64,000 nt of DNA from an uncultured Gemmatimonadales bacterium (GTDB taxonomy: Bacteria > Gemmatimonadota > Gemmatimonadetes > Gemmatimonadales > GWC2-71-9), in NCBI GenBank assembly GCA_963705985.1, contig CAVPLK010000002.1, positions 39,855 through 103,854 of the forward strand, given 5' to 3'. The notes under the pieces are model-generated. The model did no database searches. It saw only the letters and a list, made by a program, of their open reading frames with translations, and was not told where the DNA came from. Both the position numbers and the translations under genes were made by a program. Shown here piece by piece: positions 1 to 10,720 of the stretch. Positions within the stretch are counted from its first letter, which is position 1. Each line of letters begins with the position of its first letter.

Positions 1-45
1 CTGCATCCCCTGGCGAATCGCCTCGAGGTACGTCACCTCAGCCAT
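1..45 (-). CDS. 2-oxoacid dehydrogenase E1 component beta subunit (first 15 codons only; gene runs off the window start)
   Basis: Reverse complement of 1-45 reads MAEVTYLEAIRQGMQ, a typical E1-beta N-terminus. Its ATG (45..43) overlaps the end of the E1-alpha gene, the usual coupled alpha-beta layout. Confidence 0.55.
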   Translation of the reverse strand, partial: MAEVTYLEAIRQGMQ

Positions 46-1093
46 CGGTCCTCCGGTACCATTCGAGCTCGGCGCGGGCCGGGTCGGCCAGCACACCGTC
101 GAGCGCCGTCATCGCCTCGGGCATCGGCTCGTTCTCGCAGTGCCCGACCGCCTCGTCGAGCAGCGCCTCGACGCGGGCGTCGATCTCCGCCAGCTCCTCG
201 GCCGTGGCCCATCCCGCCGCGGAATAATCGCGTATACACCGGTCGATCGGGTCCTTCGCCTCCCACTCCGCGATTTCCGCCTTGGACTGGTAGGACTGGT
301 TGTCGTGCTCCGCATGGCCCTTGCGGCGGTAGGTGACCAGCTCGATCAGGGTACAGCCCCCGCCCTGCCGGGCCCGCTCCACCGCCGGCTTGGTCACGCC
401 GTACACCGCCACCACATCGTTCCCGTCGGCCCGTTCGCCCGGAATGCCGTAGGCCGCCGCCTTGTCCACCAGTTGCGTCACGGCGGTCTGCTTCCGCATC
501 GGCGTGCTGAACGAATACCCGTTGTTTTCGCAGACGATGACCATGGGCAGGCGCTGCACGGCGGCGAAGTTGATCCCCTCGTGGAAGGCGCCGGTGCTCA
601 TGGCGCCGTCGCCCACGTACACCAGCCCGACCCGCGGCTGCTTCCGCATCTTGAACGAGAGCGCCACCCCGGCCATCACGGGCACCATGTCGCCGAGCTG
701 GGAGATCTGCCCGATGAAGCCGCGGTCGAGGTCGCCGTAATGAATGTTGAGCTCGCGGCCGCGCGTCGGGCTCTCCGCCTTGGCCATGTACTGCCGGAAA
801 ATCTCCAGCGGCTTGGCACCCTGCACCAGCATCGAACCGAGGTTCCGGATGAGGGGCGAGAGGAAGTCACCCTGCGTGCGGTCGAGCGCGTAGGCACTGC
901 CAACGCTGTCGGCTTCCTGGCCCAGCGAGCGGAACAACCCGCCGATGACCTTGGTCTGGCGGTACAGGTTGACCAGCCGCTCCTCGAGGGAGCGGGTCAA
1001 TCGCATGTAGTAGTACATCTCGTGCAGCTGGGCCCGGCTGAGCCCGTGCGGCGGGGCGGCCGGGGTGGTGCTCGGCGCAACGGTCGGTGTCAT
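38..1093 (-). CDS. Thiamine-diphosphate-dependent 2-oxoacid dehydrogenase E1 component alpha subunit (pyruvate or branched-chain type)
   Basis: 351-aa ORF with family blocks YRQTKVIGGLF, VYVGDGAMSTGAFHEGINFAAV (TPP-binding GDG..N region) and TYRRKGHAEHD. An E1-beta start follows directly. Confidence 0.9.
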   Translation of the reverse strand: MTPTVAPSTTPAAPPHGLSRAQLHEMYYYMRLTRSLEERLVNLYRQTKVIGGLFRSLGQEADSVGSAYALDRTQGDFLSPLIRNLGSMLVQGAKPLEIFRQYMAKAESPTRGRELNIHYGDLDRGFIGQISQLGDMVPVMAGVALSFKMRKQPRVGLVYVGDGAMSTGAFHEGINFAAVQRLPMVIVCENNGYSFSTPMRKQTAVTQLVDKAAAYGIPGERADGNDVVAVYGVTKPAVERARQGGGCTLIELVTYRRKGHAEHDNQSYQSKAEIAEWEAKDPIDRCIRDYSAAGWATAEELAEIDARVEALLDEAVGHCENEPMPEAMTALDGVLADPARAELEWYRRTDG

Positions 1094-1102
1094 ATCGATC
1101 CG

Positions 1103-3550
<2,448 letters not shown>

Positions 3551-3592
3551 GACTCGGTATCTCCGGAAAGGGTGCCGCCGGCGTGCGGCGGC

Positions 3593-3883
3593 TCAGTAGG
3601 CGCCCCGCGGCTGATGCGCGGGGTCCGCCATGGTGTGGACGACGGTCAGGAATCGCTTGCCGAGCTTGTCGAGTTCGCTCTCCCCGGGCTGGTCGGTCTC
3701 GACGGTGATCAGGGTGTAGTGCCCGCCTTCGGCCTGGACCGTGACTGTGACCTGGCCCAGCGTGCCGCCGAACCGGCGGCGGCGCGGAGCTTCCTCGATC
3801 GGGGTCAGCAGCGCGCCGAAGAATTCAGCTGCGCGGCCAACGGCGGCGTCGGGGGAGACGCTGGTGCGGTGGAAGTACTTCAT
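3593..3883 (-). CDS. Hypothetical small protein (96 aa) translationally coupled to the inositol-phosphate synthase gene
   Basis: High GC3 ORF whose ATG overlaps the upstream stop (TGATG). I recognise no family. Confidence 0.5.
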   Translation of the reverse strand: MKYFHRTSVSPDAAVGRAAEFFGALLTPIEEAPRRRRFGGTLGQVTVTVQAEGGHYTLITVETDQPGESELDKLGKRFLTVVHTMADPAHQPRGAY

Positions 3884-5211
3884 CAGTCGTTCTCGTAGTA
3901 CTCAATGCCGAGGTGGGTGATCTGGTCCTCGCCCTTGAGATAGCGGAGTGTGTTCTTGAGCTTGGTCAGCTGGATGAAGAGGTCGTGCTCCGGGTAGAGC
4001 CCCGGGCCCACCTGCGGGCTCTTGAAGTAGAACGAGAGCCACTCCTGGATTCCCGAGAGGCCCGACCGGCCGGCGAGGTCGAAGAAGATGGCGAGGTCCA
4101 GCACCAGCGGGGCGGCCAGGATGGAGTCGCGGCAGAGGAAGTCCACCTTGATCTGCATCGGATAGCCGAGCCACCCGAAGATGTCGATGTTGTCCCAGCC
4201 CTCCTTGTTGTCGCCCCGCGGCGGATAGTAGTTGATCCGCACCTTGTGGAAGATGTTCCCATACAGCTCGGGATAGAGCTTCGGCTGCAGGGTGTGCTCC
4301 AGCACGCCGAGCTTCGACTCTTCCTTGGTCTTGAAGCTCTCGGGGTCGTCGAGGACTTCGCCGTCGCGGTTGCCCAGGATGTTCGTCGAGTACCACCCGG
4401 CCACGCCGAGCATCCGCGCCTTGAACATCGGCGCGAGCACGGTCTTGAGCATGGTCTGGCCGGTCTTGAAATCCTTGCCGCCGATCGGCACGCCCTTTTC
4501 GCGGGCCAGCGCCTCGAGCGCCGGAATGTCGCAGCTCAGGTTCGGGGCGCCGTTGGCGTACGGCACGCCCTCCATGATCGCCGCGTAGGCGTAGAGCATC
4601 GACGGGGCGATGGAGGGATCGTTGGCGTCCATCGCCTTCTCGAAGGTGGCCATGGTCTGGTGCGTCGGCCCCGGGGCGATGAACACCTCGGTCGACGCGC
4701 ACCAGACCATGACCAGGCGGTCGCACTTGTTGGCCGCCTTGAAGTCCCGAATGTCCTTGCGGAGCGCCTCGGCGAGTTCCCGCTTGGTCTTTTCCTTCTT
4801 CACGTTGGTGCCGACGAGCCGCTTCACGTAAAACTGGTCGAAGACCGCCGGCATCGGCTTGATGCCCTTCAGGAACTTGGCGATCGGCTCCACATGCTCG
4901 TGCTTGTCGAGCACGCCGCACTTGAGTGCCGACTCATAGGCGTCGTCCGGAATCGGGTCCCAGGCGCCGAAGACGAGGTCCTCGAGCGAGGCCAGCGACA
5001 CGAACTCCTTGATGAGCGGGGTCCGGGCCTCGGTCCGCTTGCCGAGCCGGATCGTCCCCATTTGGGTCAGCGAACCGATCGGCTTGGAGCGGCCCTGACG
5101 AATATTTTCGACGCCGGCCATGAAGGTGGTGGTCACCGCGCCGAGGCCGACGCAAAGGACACCGAGCGTGCCGTTGGCGGGCGTGATTGACCGGGCAGTC
5201 TGAGGCGCCAC
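3883..5211 (-). CDS. ino1: myo-Inositol-1-phosphate (inositol-3-phosphate) synthase
   Basis: 442-aa ORF with an N-terminal Rossmann-type LGVLCVGLGAVTTTF and family blocks ANGAPN, GGKDFKTGQT and CRDSILAAPLVLDL. GTG start preceded by AAGGAAG. Confidence 0.9.
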   Translation of the reverse strand: MAPQTARSITPANGTLGVLCVGLGAVTTTFMAGVENIRQGRSKPIGSLTQMGTIRLGKRTEARTPLIKEFVSLASLEDLVFGAWDPIPDDAYESALKCGVLDKHEHVEPIAKFLKGIKPMPAVFDQFYVKRLVGTNVKKEKTKRELAEALRKDIRDFKAANKCDRLVMVWCASTEVFIAPGPTHQTMATFEKAMDANDPSIAPSMLYAYAAIMEGVPYANGAPNLSCDIPALEALAREKGVPIGGKDFKTGQTMLKTVLAPMFKARMLGVAGWYSTNILGNRDGEVLDDPESFKTKEESKLGVLEHTLQPKLYPELYGNIFHKVRINYYPPRGDNKEGWDNIDIFGWLGYPMQIKVDFLCRDSILAAPLVLDLAIFFDLAGRSGLSGIQEWLSFYFKSPQVGPGLYPEHDLFIQLTKLKNTLRYLKGEDQITHLGIEYYEND

Positions 5212-5235
5212 GGTGGTCTTCCTTTCGGGAATAGT

Positions 5236-5922
5236 TCAGTTCAGGGCGTCGGGGCGCACAGCGGTGCGCTCTGACGAGCCCTGAGTTGCACGATAGACGA
5301 AATGAAACCGCTGCACGACGGTGATGATGGAGGCGATGGCCAGCAGCGCAACGATGCCCTCCAGCACGAGGGCCCGGGGTCCCGCCCCAACAAGCAGGGA
5401 GGCGAGCCCGAGCCCGATGATCCGTTCCGCCCGTTGCGCAATCCCGACCTTGCAGTCGACCCCGATCCCCTCGGCGCGGGCGCGGGCATAGGAGACGACC
5501 AGCGAAGCCAGGGTCGCGACCATCGCGAGAATGACGGCGAGGTTCCGATGCGCCACGTCGGGGGCGTGCAGCAGATACGCCGCGATCCCGATGAAGGTAG
5601 CGCCGTCGCTCACCCGATCGAGGGTCGAGTCGTAAAAGGCGCCGAACTTGGTCGCCGCACCGCTCAACCGCGCCACTGCCCCGTCCAGGGTGTCCATCCC
5701 CCCGCTCAGCAGGAGCAGGGCGCCGCCCAACCGGATATGCCCGAACCCGTAAAACACGGCGGAGGCCACGACCAGCAGCGTGCCGACGGTCGTGATGGTG
5801 TTCGGCCGGACGCCGGAACGCACGAGCCACCGGACCAGGGGACCGGTGGCCGAGTAATACGCACTTTCGACCCCGGGGGAGAAGAGCTTCACGGACCGGT
5901 TCGACCTCGTCAACGTCGCCAC
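5236..5922 (-). CDS. CDP-alcohol phosphatidyltransferase (phosphatidylinositol-phosphate synthase-like)
   Basis: Contains the CDP-alcohol transferase signature DGAVARLSGAATKFGAFYDSTLDRVSD (D-G-x2-A-R-x8-G-x3-D-x3-D) and several TM segments. The start is uncertain: GTG at 5922 or 5892. The track ORF start at 6036 lies inside an intergenic repeat and is rejected. Confidence 0.8.
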   Translation of the reverse strand: MATLTRSNRSVKLFSPGVESAYYSATGPLVRWLVRSGVRPNTITTVGTLLVVASAVFYGFGHIRLGGALLLLSGGMDTLDGAVARLSGAATKFGAFYDSTLDRVSDGATFIGIAAYLLHAPDVAHRNLAVILAMVATLASLVVSYARARAEGIGVDCKVGIAQRAERIIGLGLASLLVGAGPRALVLEGIVALLAIASIITVVQRFHFVYRATQGSSERTAVRPDALN

Positions 5923-5983
5923 ATTTTCGCCATGTTCAGAGCGGCGAAAAGTTAACCGGGAGAAGGCGTTAGGGCAATTCGGC

Positions 5984-6100
5984 GGGTGGGCAGCGGGGCA
6001 GCGGGGCAGCGGGGCAGGACGGTGCGGGGTCGTCATCCCGGCGCAAGCCGGGATCCATTGGCTTCAAGGGGAATGGACCCCGGCTTCCGCCGGGGTGACA
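5984..6100. repeat. Composite intergenic repeat locus: (GGGGCAGC)n tract plus two GTCAYCCCGGC-loop-GCCGGGRT hairpin modules in opposite orientation
   Basis: 5984-6017 reads GGGTGGGCAGCGGGGCAGCGGGGCAGCGGGGCAGG. Hairpins: ATCCCGGC gcaa GCCGGGAT (6035-6054) and CCCCGGC ttcc GCCGGGG (6078-6095). The same modules recur at 12 other loci. Confidence 0.85.
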
Positions 6101-7350
6101 GCGCCGCGCGGATACAGCAGTGCCGGCTGCCGGCGCTGAACAAACGCCGCGAGCTCCGCCGGCCACTCCTCCATGACGGAGTCCGGCGCCTCCCCCGATT
6201 CCAACCCCTTGCGGAGGCTGGAGTTACCCGCGAGTCGGTCGAACTGGCCCGGGGTCCACTTGAGCCGGGTCGGATGGACCGACCGGATCACCGCCATGAT
6301 GGTCACGGCTGTGACGGTCGGATCGTAGCGGTCACGATCGGTCATGGTGAGCCGGATGCCGAACAGCCTGGTGTCCGCAAACTTGTCGTCGCCCGGCTTC
6401 CTGGGGCGAAATCTCACCCCGGCAAAGGTCACTCCCGGGAGCTTGGCGGCCCGCAGACCCGCCAGCACCTTCGTGGTGTCCAGCCAGGGGGCGCCGATCT
6501 GTTCGAACGGATGATCGGTCCCCCGCCCGACGCTCAGGTTAGTGCCCTCCATCAGGCAGAGACCGGGATAGTGGAACAGCGCTTCCAGCGAGCGCAGGTT
6601 GGGGCTGGGCGGCACGAAAGGGAGGCTGGTCTCGGCGAGATCCATGGTGGGAGACCACCCCGCCACCGGGATGACGGTCAGGTCGGCCCCGATACGGAGC
6701 TCGGTATTGGCCAGGCGGGCCAGTTCGCCGAGTGTCATGCCATGCCGCATCGGGATGGGCATGATGCCCACGAACGAGGTGTACGCGGTGTCGAGGACAT
6801 TGCCCTGGACGGTGCCCCCGATCGGATTCGGCCGGTCGAGGACCACGACGCGCTTGCCGCTGCGCACGGCCGCCCGCATGACGGCCACGGTGGTGCTGAA
6901 GTAGGTGAAGTACCGGGCACCCACATCCTGCAGATCCACCAGCACGAGGTCGATTCCCGTTAGCGTGGCGGCGATGGCGGCGGTATTCTGGAGGTAGAGA
7001 CTGTAGATTGGGAGGCCGGTGGCGCTGTCGGTCTCGTGCGGCACGGCCGCACCGGGATCCGCGACACCACGATACCCGTGCTCGGGGCTGAAGAGCGCCA
7101 CCAGGTTCAGGCTGCTGGCCCGGATGCGGTCCACATCGCTCATCCCGGTGGCATCGATGCCGGCCGGATTCGTCACCAGCCCCAGGCGGAGTTGGCGGAC
7201 CAGCGACACGGAGTCGGAGAGCAGGACGTCGATGCCGGGCCGCACGGCGGCCTCAACGGGCAGGGGCTGAGGCGCCACGGCGGGCCGCGGACCACCGCAG
7301 GCCGCCACCACACCTACCATCGCAACCAGGATCGTCTGCCGGTGATTCAC
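6064..7350 (-). CDS. namZ: DUF1343 family protein, exo-beta-N-acetylmuramidase NamZ-like
   Basis: 428-aa ORF with DUF1343 blocks LGLVTNPAGID and LFSPEHGYRG. GTG start. The last about 12 codons (AVTPAEAGVHSP) and the stop lie inside the intergenic hairpin repeat. Confidence 0.85.
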   Translation of the reverse strand: MNHRQTILVAMVGVVAACGGPRPAVAPQPLPVEAAVRPGIDVLLSDSVSLVRQLRLGLVTNPAGIDATGMSDVDRIRASSLNLVALFSPEHGYRGVADPGAAVPHETDSATGLPIYSLYLQNTAAIAATLTGIDLVLVDLQDVGARYFTYFSTTVAVMRAAVRSGKRVVVLDRPNPIGGTVQGNVLDTAYTSFVGIMPIPMRHGMTLGELARLANTELRIGADLTVIPVAGWSPTMDLAETSLPFVPPSPNLRSLEALFHYPGLCLMEGTNLSVGRGTDHPFEQIGAPWLDTTKVLAGLRAAKLPGVTFAGVRFRPRKPGDDKFADTRLFGIRLTMTDRDRYDPTVTAVTIMAVIRSVHPTRLKWTPGQFDRLAGNSSLRKGLESGEAPDSVMEEWPAELAAFVQRRQPALLYPRGAVTPAEAGVHSP

Positions 7351-9109
7351 GCCCGCCTCGCCCAGTATTCAGTGGTCCTGCTCGCCTGCGCTGCGTCCGC
7401 CGCGCCGGCGCCCTCCCCTGTGCCCGTCCCCGTCTCCGCTTCCACCGTGCCGGTACCGCCGCCGATCGATCCGACCCAGCGCCTGCTCGACAGTCTCCCG
7501 CTCCGGGCCAAGGTCGGCCAGCTGGTGATGCCGTGGATACCGGGCACCTATACCGCGGACGACGACCCGGGGTTTCTCCGGGCGCAAGCGTGGGTGGATT
7601 CCCTGCAAGTCGGCGGGATCATCGTCTCGATCGGCTCGCCGCTCGATATCGCCGCCCGGCTGAACTCCCTGCAACAGCACGCTGGCATCCCGCTCCTCAT
7701 CGCGTCCGACCTCGAGGGCGGGACGGCGATGCGCTTCAATGGCGGCACCGCCTTCCCCACCAATATGGGGGTGGCCGCCACCGGCCGGGAGTCGGACGCG
7801 TACGACATGGGCCGGATCACCGCGGTCGAGGGGCGCGCCGTCGGCATCCACCTGGTCTTCGCGCCCGTGGCCGACGTCAACAACAACGCCGCCAATCCGA
7901 TCATCAACACCCGTTCCTTCGGCGGCGACCCCTCCGCCGTTGCGGCCCTCGTTTCCGCCGAGGTGCGCGGGCTCCAGGACAACGGGATGCTGGCCACCGC
8001 GAAGCATTTCCCGGGGCACGGAGACACCGGCACCGACACCCACATCGAGCTTCCCGGTCATCGACGCGCCGTGGAGCCGGCTCGACTCGGTCGAACTGGT
8101 CCCCTTCCGGGCCGCCATCAAGAGCGGTGTGGCCGCCGTCATGTCCGCGCACATCGCGCTGCCCGGGGTCGACAGCGGCAAGGTGCGCCCCGCCACCCTG
8201 ACCCCCACCCTCCTGACCGGCGTGCTGCGCGACTCCCTCGACTTCAAGGGGCTCGTGGTCACCGATGCCCTCGACATGGGCGGCATCGTGAGGACCTATG
8301 GACCGGGGGAGGCGGCCGTGCTCGCGCTGCTCGCCGGCGCCGACCTCCTCCTGCAGCCGCCCGACGCCGGTGTCGCCATCGACGCGGTGGTGGCCGCCGT
8401 CGAGCAGGGCCGGATCAGCCGGGCGCGGCTCGACGAATCGGTGCGGCGCGTCCTCGAGATGAAGCGGCGGGTCGGCCTCTTCAAGCGGCGGGGCGTGGCC
8501 CTCGACCGCGTGATGGGCCGGGTCGGCACCGCGGAACACCAGGCGGCGGCGCGCGACGTGACCGCCCGCTCGCTGGTCCTGGTCCGGGACAGCGGCGCGG
8601 TGGTGGCGACGCTCCGCGCGACCCCGCAGCCGATCTCCCTCCTGACCTACGCCGACGACCCGTCGAGTACCCTCGGCGTCTCGCTGGCCGGTTCGCTGCG
8701 CGCCGCGGGGTACACCGTCACCACCTACCGGCTCTGGCCATCGAGCGGGCCCGCCAGCTACGACTCCGCGCGCGCGGCCCTCGCCGCCTCGCCGGTCGCC
8801 GTGGTGGCGGCATCGATCCGGGTGAGCGCCTGGAGCGGCACCATCAGCCTCCCGCCCCTCGTGGCGGAGCTGGTCAACGCCACCGCCGCGGCCCAGCCGA
8901 CGGTCCTCGTCTCGTTCGGCTCGCCCTACCTGCTGACGCAGGCGCCTGGCGTGCAGGGGTACCTCCTCGCATGGGCGGCCCGCCCCATCAACGAACAGGC
9001 GGTCGCGGCGGCGCTCACCGGCACCGCGGACATCGGCGGACGGTTGCCCATCGCGCTCGATTCCAGCACACCGATCGGAACCGGGCTCCACCTCGGAGCC
9101 ACCCACTGA
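7342..9109 (+). pseudogene. nagZ: Glycoside hydrolase family 3 beta-N-acetylhexosaminidase (two-domain NagZ-like lipoprotein), frameshifted as sequenced near 8056
   Basis: Frame 1 carries a signal/lipobox (VVLLAC) and the GH3 blocks ASDLEGG and KHFPGHGDTGTDTHIELP. The family continues in frame 2 as VIDAPWSRLDSVELVPF...VVTDALDMGG up to the stop at 9109. One extra base within CCCGG (8053-8057) separates the two frames. Confidence 0.85.
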
Positions 9110-10293
9110 AGCCGAGCACGGCCGGGGCGGCCCTGCTCCTGGCCCTGCTCGGTTGTGCCCCACGGATCGCGCCCGGGCCGGTCCCGCTGTACAACAAACC
9201 AGACTGGAAACCGCTTCGGCACTTCCTCGACAGTGCCGTCGCCGCAGAGGCCGCCCCCGGGATCGTCGTCGCCGTGAGCTGGGCGGGGCATCGCTACATC
9301 TACGGCACCGGGCATCTTGGCGACGGCATCCGCCGCCGCCCCAATCACGAGACGGTCTACGACCTCGCGTCGCTCACCAAGGTGGTCGGACTGACCACCG
9401 CGATGATGTGGGCGGTGGACGAAGGGCGGATCGAGCTCGATGCCCCGATCACGCAGTACGTCCCGGCCTTCGAGGGAACCGACGCCGAATGCGTCACGAT
9501 GCGCCTCCTGCTGGCCCACGCGAGCGGCCTCCCCCCGTGGCGACCTCTCTACCTGCTCGGTTACAGCCGCCCCGCCGTCTTCGCCGTCGCCGACTCCACC
9601 GTGCTCGACACGCTTCCCGGCTCGCGGTTCGCCTACTCCGACATCGGCGCCATTCTCCTGACGCAGGCCATCGAGACGGCATATGCCGAGCGAATCGACT
9701 CCCTCCTGACACGCCGGTTGTTCGTTCCCCTCGGCATGCGCTCGACCACCTTCAACCCGCCCGCCACCTGGCTGCCGCGGGTCGCGCCCACCGAGTTCGA
9801 CTCCCTGCGGAACCGGATCGTCCGGGGGCAGGTGCACGACGAGAACGCCTGGCGGATGGATGGGGTGTCGGGGCACGCCGGGATCTTCTCCACCGGAGAC
9901 GACCTGCTGGCCTTCGGGGAGTGGTGGATTGCCCAGAATCGGGGGACGGTCCCCCCGCCGGGCCAGCCGACGGTGACCGATTCGCTGCTGCGGGCCTTCA
10001 CGGTGCCCCAGGACCTCCCGCCCGGATCCACCCGGGCACTCGGCTGGGAGACCCCGACCGCGGACAATACCGGCAGCGGGTTCCTCTCCGCCGGGAGTGT
10101 GGGGCATACCGGGTTCACGGGGACCAGTCTCTGGATGGACCCGGAGCGCGGGGTGGTGATCGTGGTCCTCTCCAACCGGGTGCATCCGACCCGGGCGAAC
10201 GGGCGGTTCGCCGGCGTGCGCCGCGGGGTCGGCGACCTGGTGCTGACCGCCCTCGACCCACGACTGCAAACGACTGCATCGGCCGCGCGTTGA
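9106..10293 (+). CDS. Serine hydrolase of the beta-lactamase family (AmiE-like; possible MurNAc-L-Ala amidase), lipoprotein
   Basis: SxxK motif in DLASLTKVVG and an HTG box in VGHTGFTGTS. The N-terminus KPSTAGAALLLALLGC is a lipoprotein signal. No ATG, GTG or TTG is available in frame. The best start is CTG at 9106, overlapping the nagZ stop (CTGA), with GGAG 7 nt upstream. Confidence 0.8.
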   Translation: MKPSTAGAALLLALLGCAPRIAPGPVPLYNKPDWKPLRHFLDSAVAAEAAPGIVVAVSWAGHRYIYGTGHLGDGIRRRPNHETVYDLASLTKVVGLTTAMMWAVDEGRIELDAPITQYVPAFEGTDAECVTMRLLLAHASGLPPWRPLYLLGYSRPAVFAVADSTVLDTLPGSRFAYSDIGAILLTQAIETAYAERIDSLLTRRLFVPLGMRSTTFNPPATWLPRVAPTEFDSLRNRIVRGQVHDENAWRMDGVSGHAGIFSTGDDLLAFGEWWIAQNRGTVPPPGQPTVTDSLLRAFTVPQDLPPGSTRALGWETPTADNTGSGFLSAGSVGHTGFTGTSLWMDPERGVVIVVLSNRVHPTRANGRFAGVRRGVGDLVLTALDPRLQTTASAAR

Positions 10294-10345
10294 CAGGTGC
10301 GGGGCGAAGTCCCTAGCTTTGATGGGTCACCCAAGGAGCACGACC

Positions 10346-10705
10346 ATGACGACCGACGCCCAGTCGACCCAATTCCAGCTCACGCTCACCGACAAGGCCG
10401 CGGAAGAGGTGCGTAAGTTCATTGCCGCCGAGGACGTCCCTGCCGAGTCGGCGGGCCTCCGCATTTCCGTCCTGCCGGGCGGATGCAGCGGGTTCAAGTA
10501 CAGCCTGAACGTCGAAGAGAAGGCGCTGGAAGATGACGTCGTCCTGGACCTGAACAGCGTGCGGGTCTTCGTGGACGGATTCAGCCTCCAGTACCTCGCG
10601 GGCGTGACGGTGGACCACGTCTCCTCGATGCAGGGCAGCGGGTTCACCTTCACGAACCCGAACTCGACCGGCGGCTGCGGCTGCGGGAGCAGCTTCACCG
10701 CATAA
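10346..10705 (+). CDS. Iron-sulfur cluster insertion/assembly protein, IscA/ErpA/HesB family
   Basis: Conserved cysteines in GGCSGFKY and the C-terminal GGCGCGSSF. AAGGAG lies 8 nt upstream of the ATG at 10346 (the track ORF starts earlier, at 10319). Confidence 0.9.
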   Translation: MTTDAQSTQFQLTLTDKAAEEVRKFIAAEDVPAESAGLRISVLPGGCSGFKYSLNVEEKALEDDVVLDLNSVRVFVDGFSLQYLAGVTVDHVSSMQGSGFTFTNPNSTGGCGCGSSFTA

Positions 10706-10720
10706 CAGCGGCGGGGCTGC

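Noticed and set aside
5984-6017. The possibility that the (GGGGCAGC)n tracts or the dispersed palindromes are a CRISPR array
   Set aside because: The units are 8 nt with no unique spacers. The palindromic modules are scattered singly across 55 kb and not arranged in a regular repeat-spacer array. No cas genes are present.
7342-7350. A 9-nt overlap of the divergent NamZ (GTG 7350) and NagZ (GTG 7342) starts as a regulatory feature
   Set aside because: It depends entirely on the choice of the NagZ start, and GTG 7372 is an alternative without overlap. There is not enough evidence to call it.
7036-10293. 1085-aa plus-strand ORF presented as one protein
   Set aside because: It is a chance-open frame running through three genes. 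Only its first third (GH3 N-terminal half) and last third (serine hydrolase) are real coding sequence in that frame. The middle is out-of-frame relative to the GH3 C-terminal half (real frame = 7739..9109 ORF).
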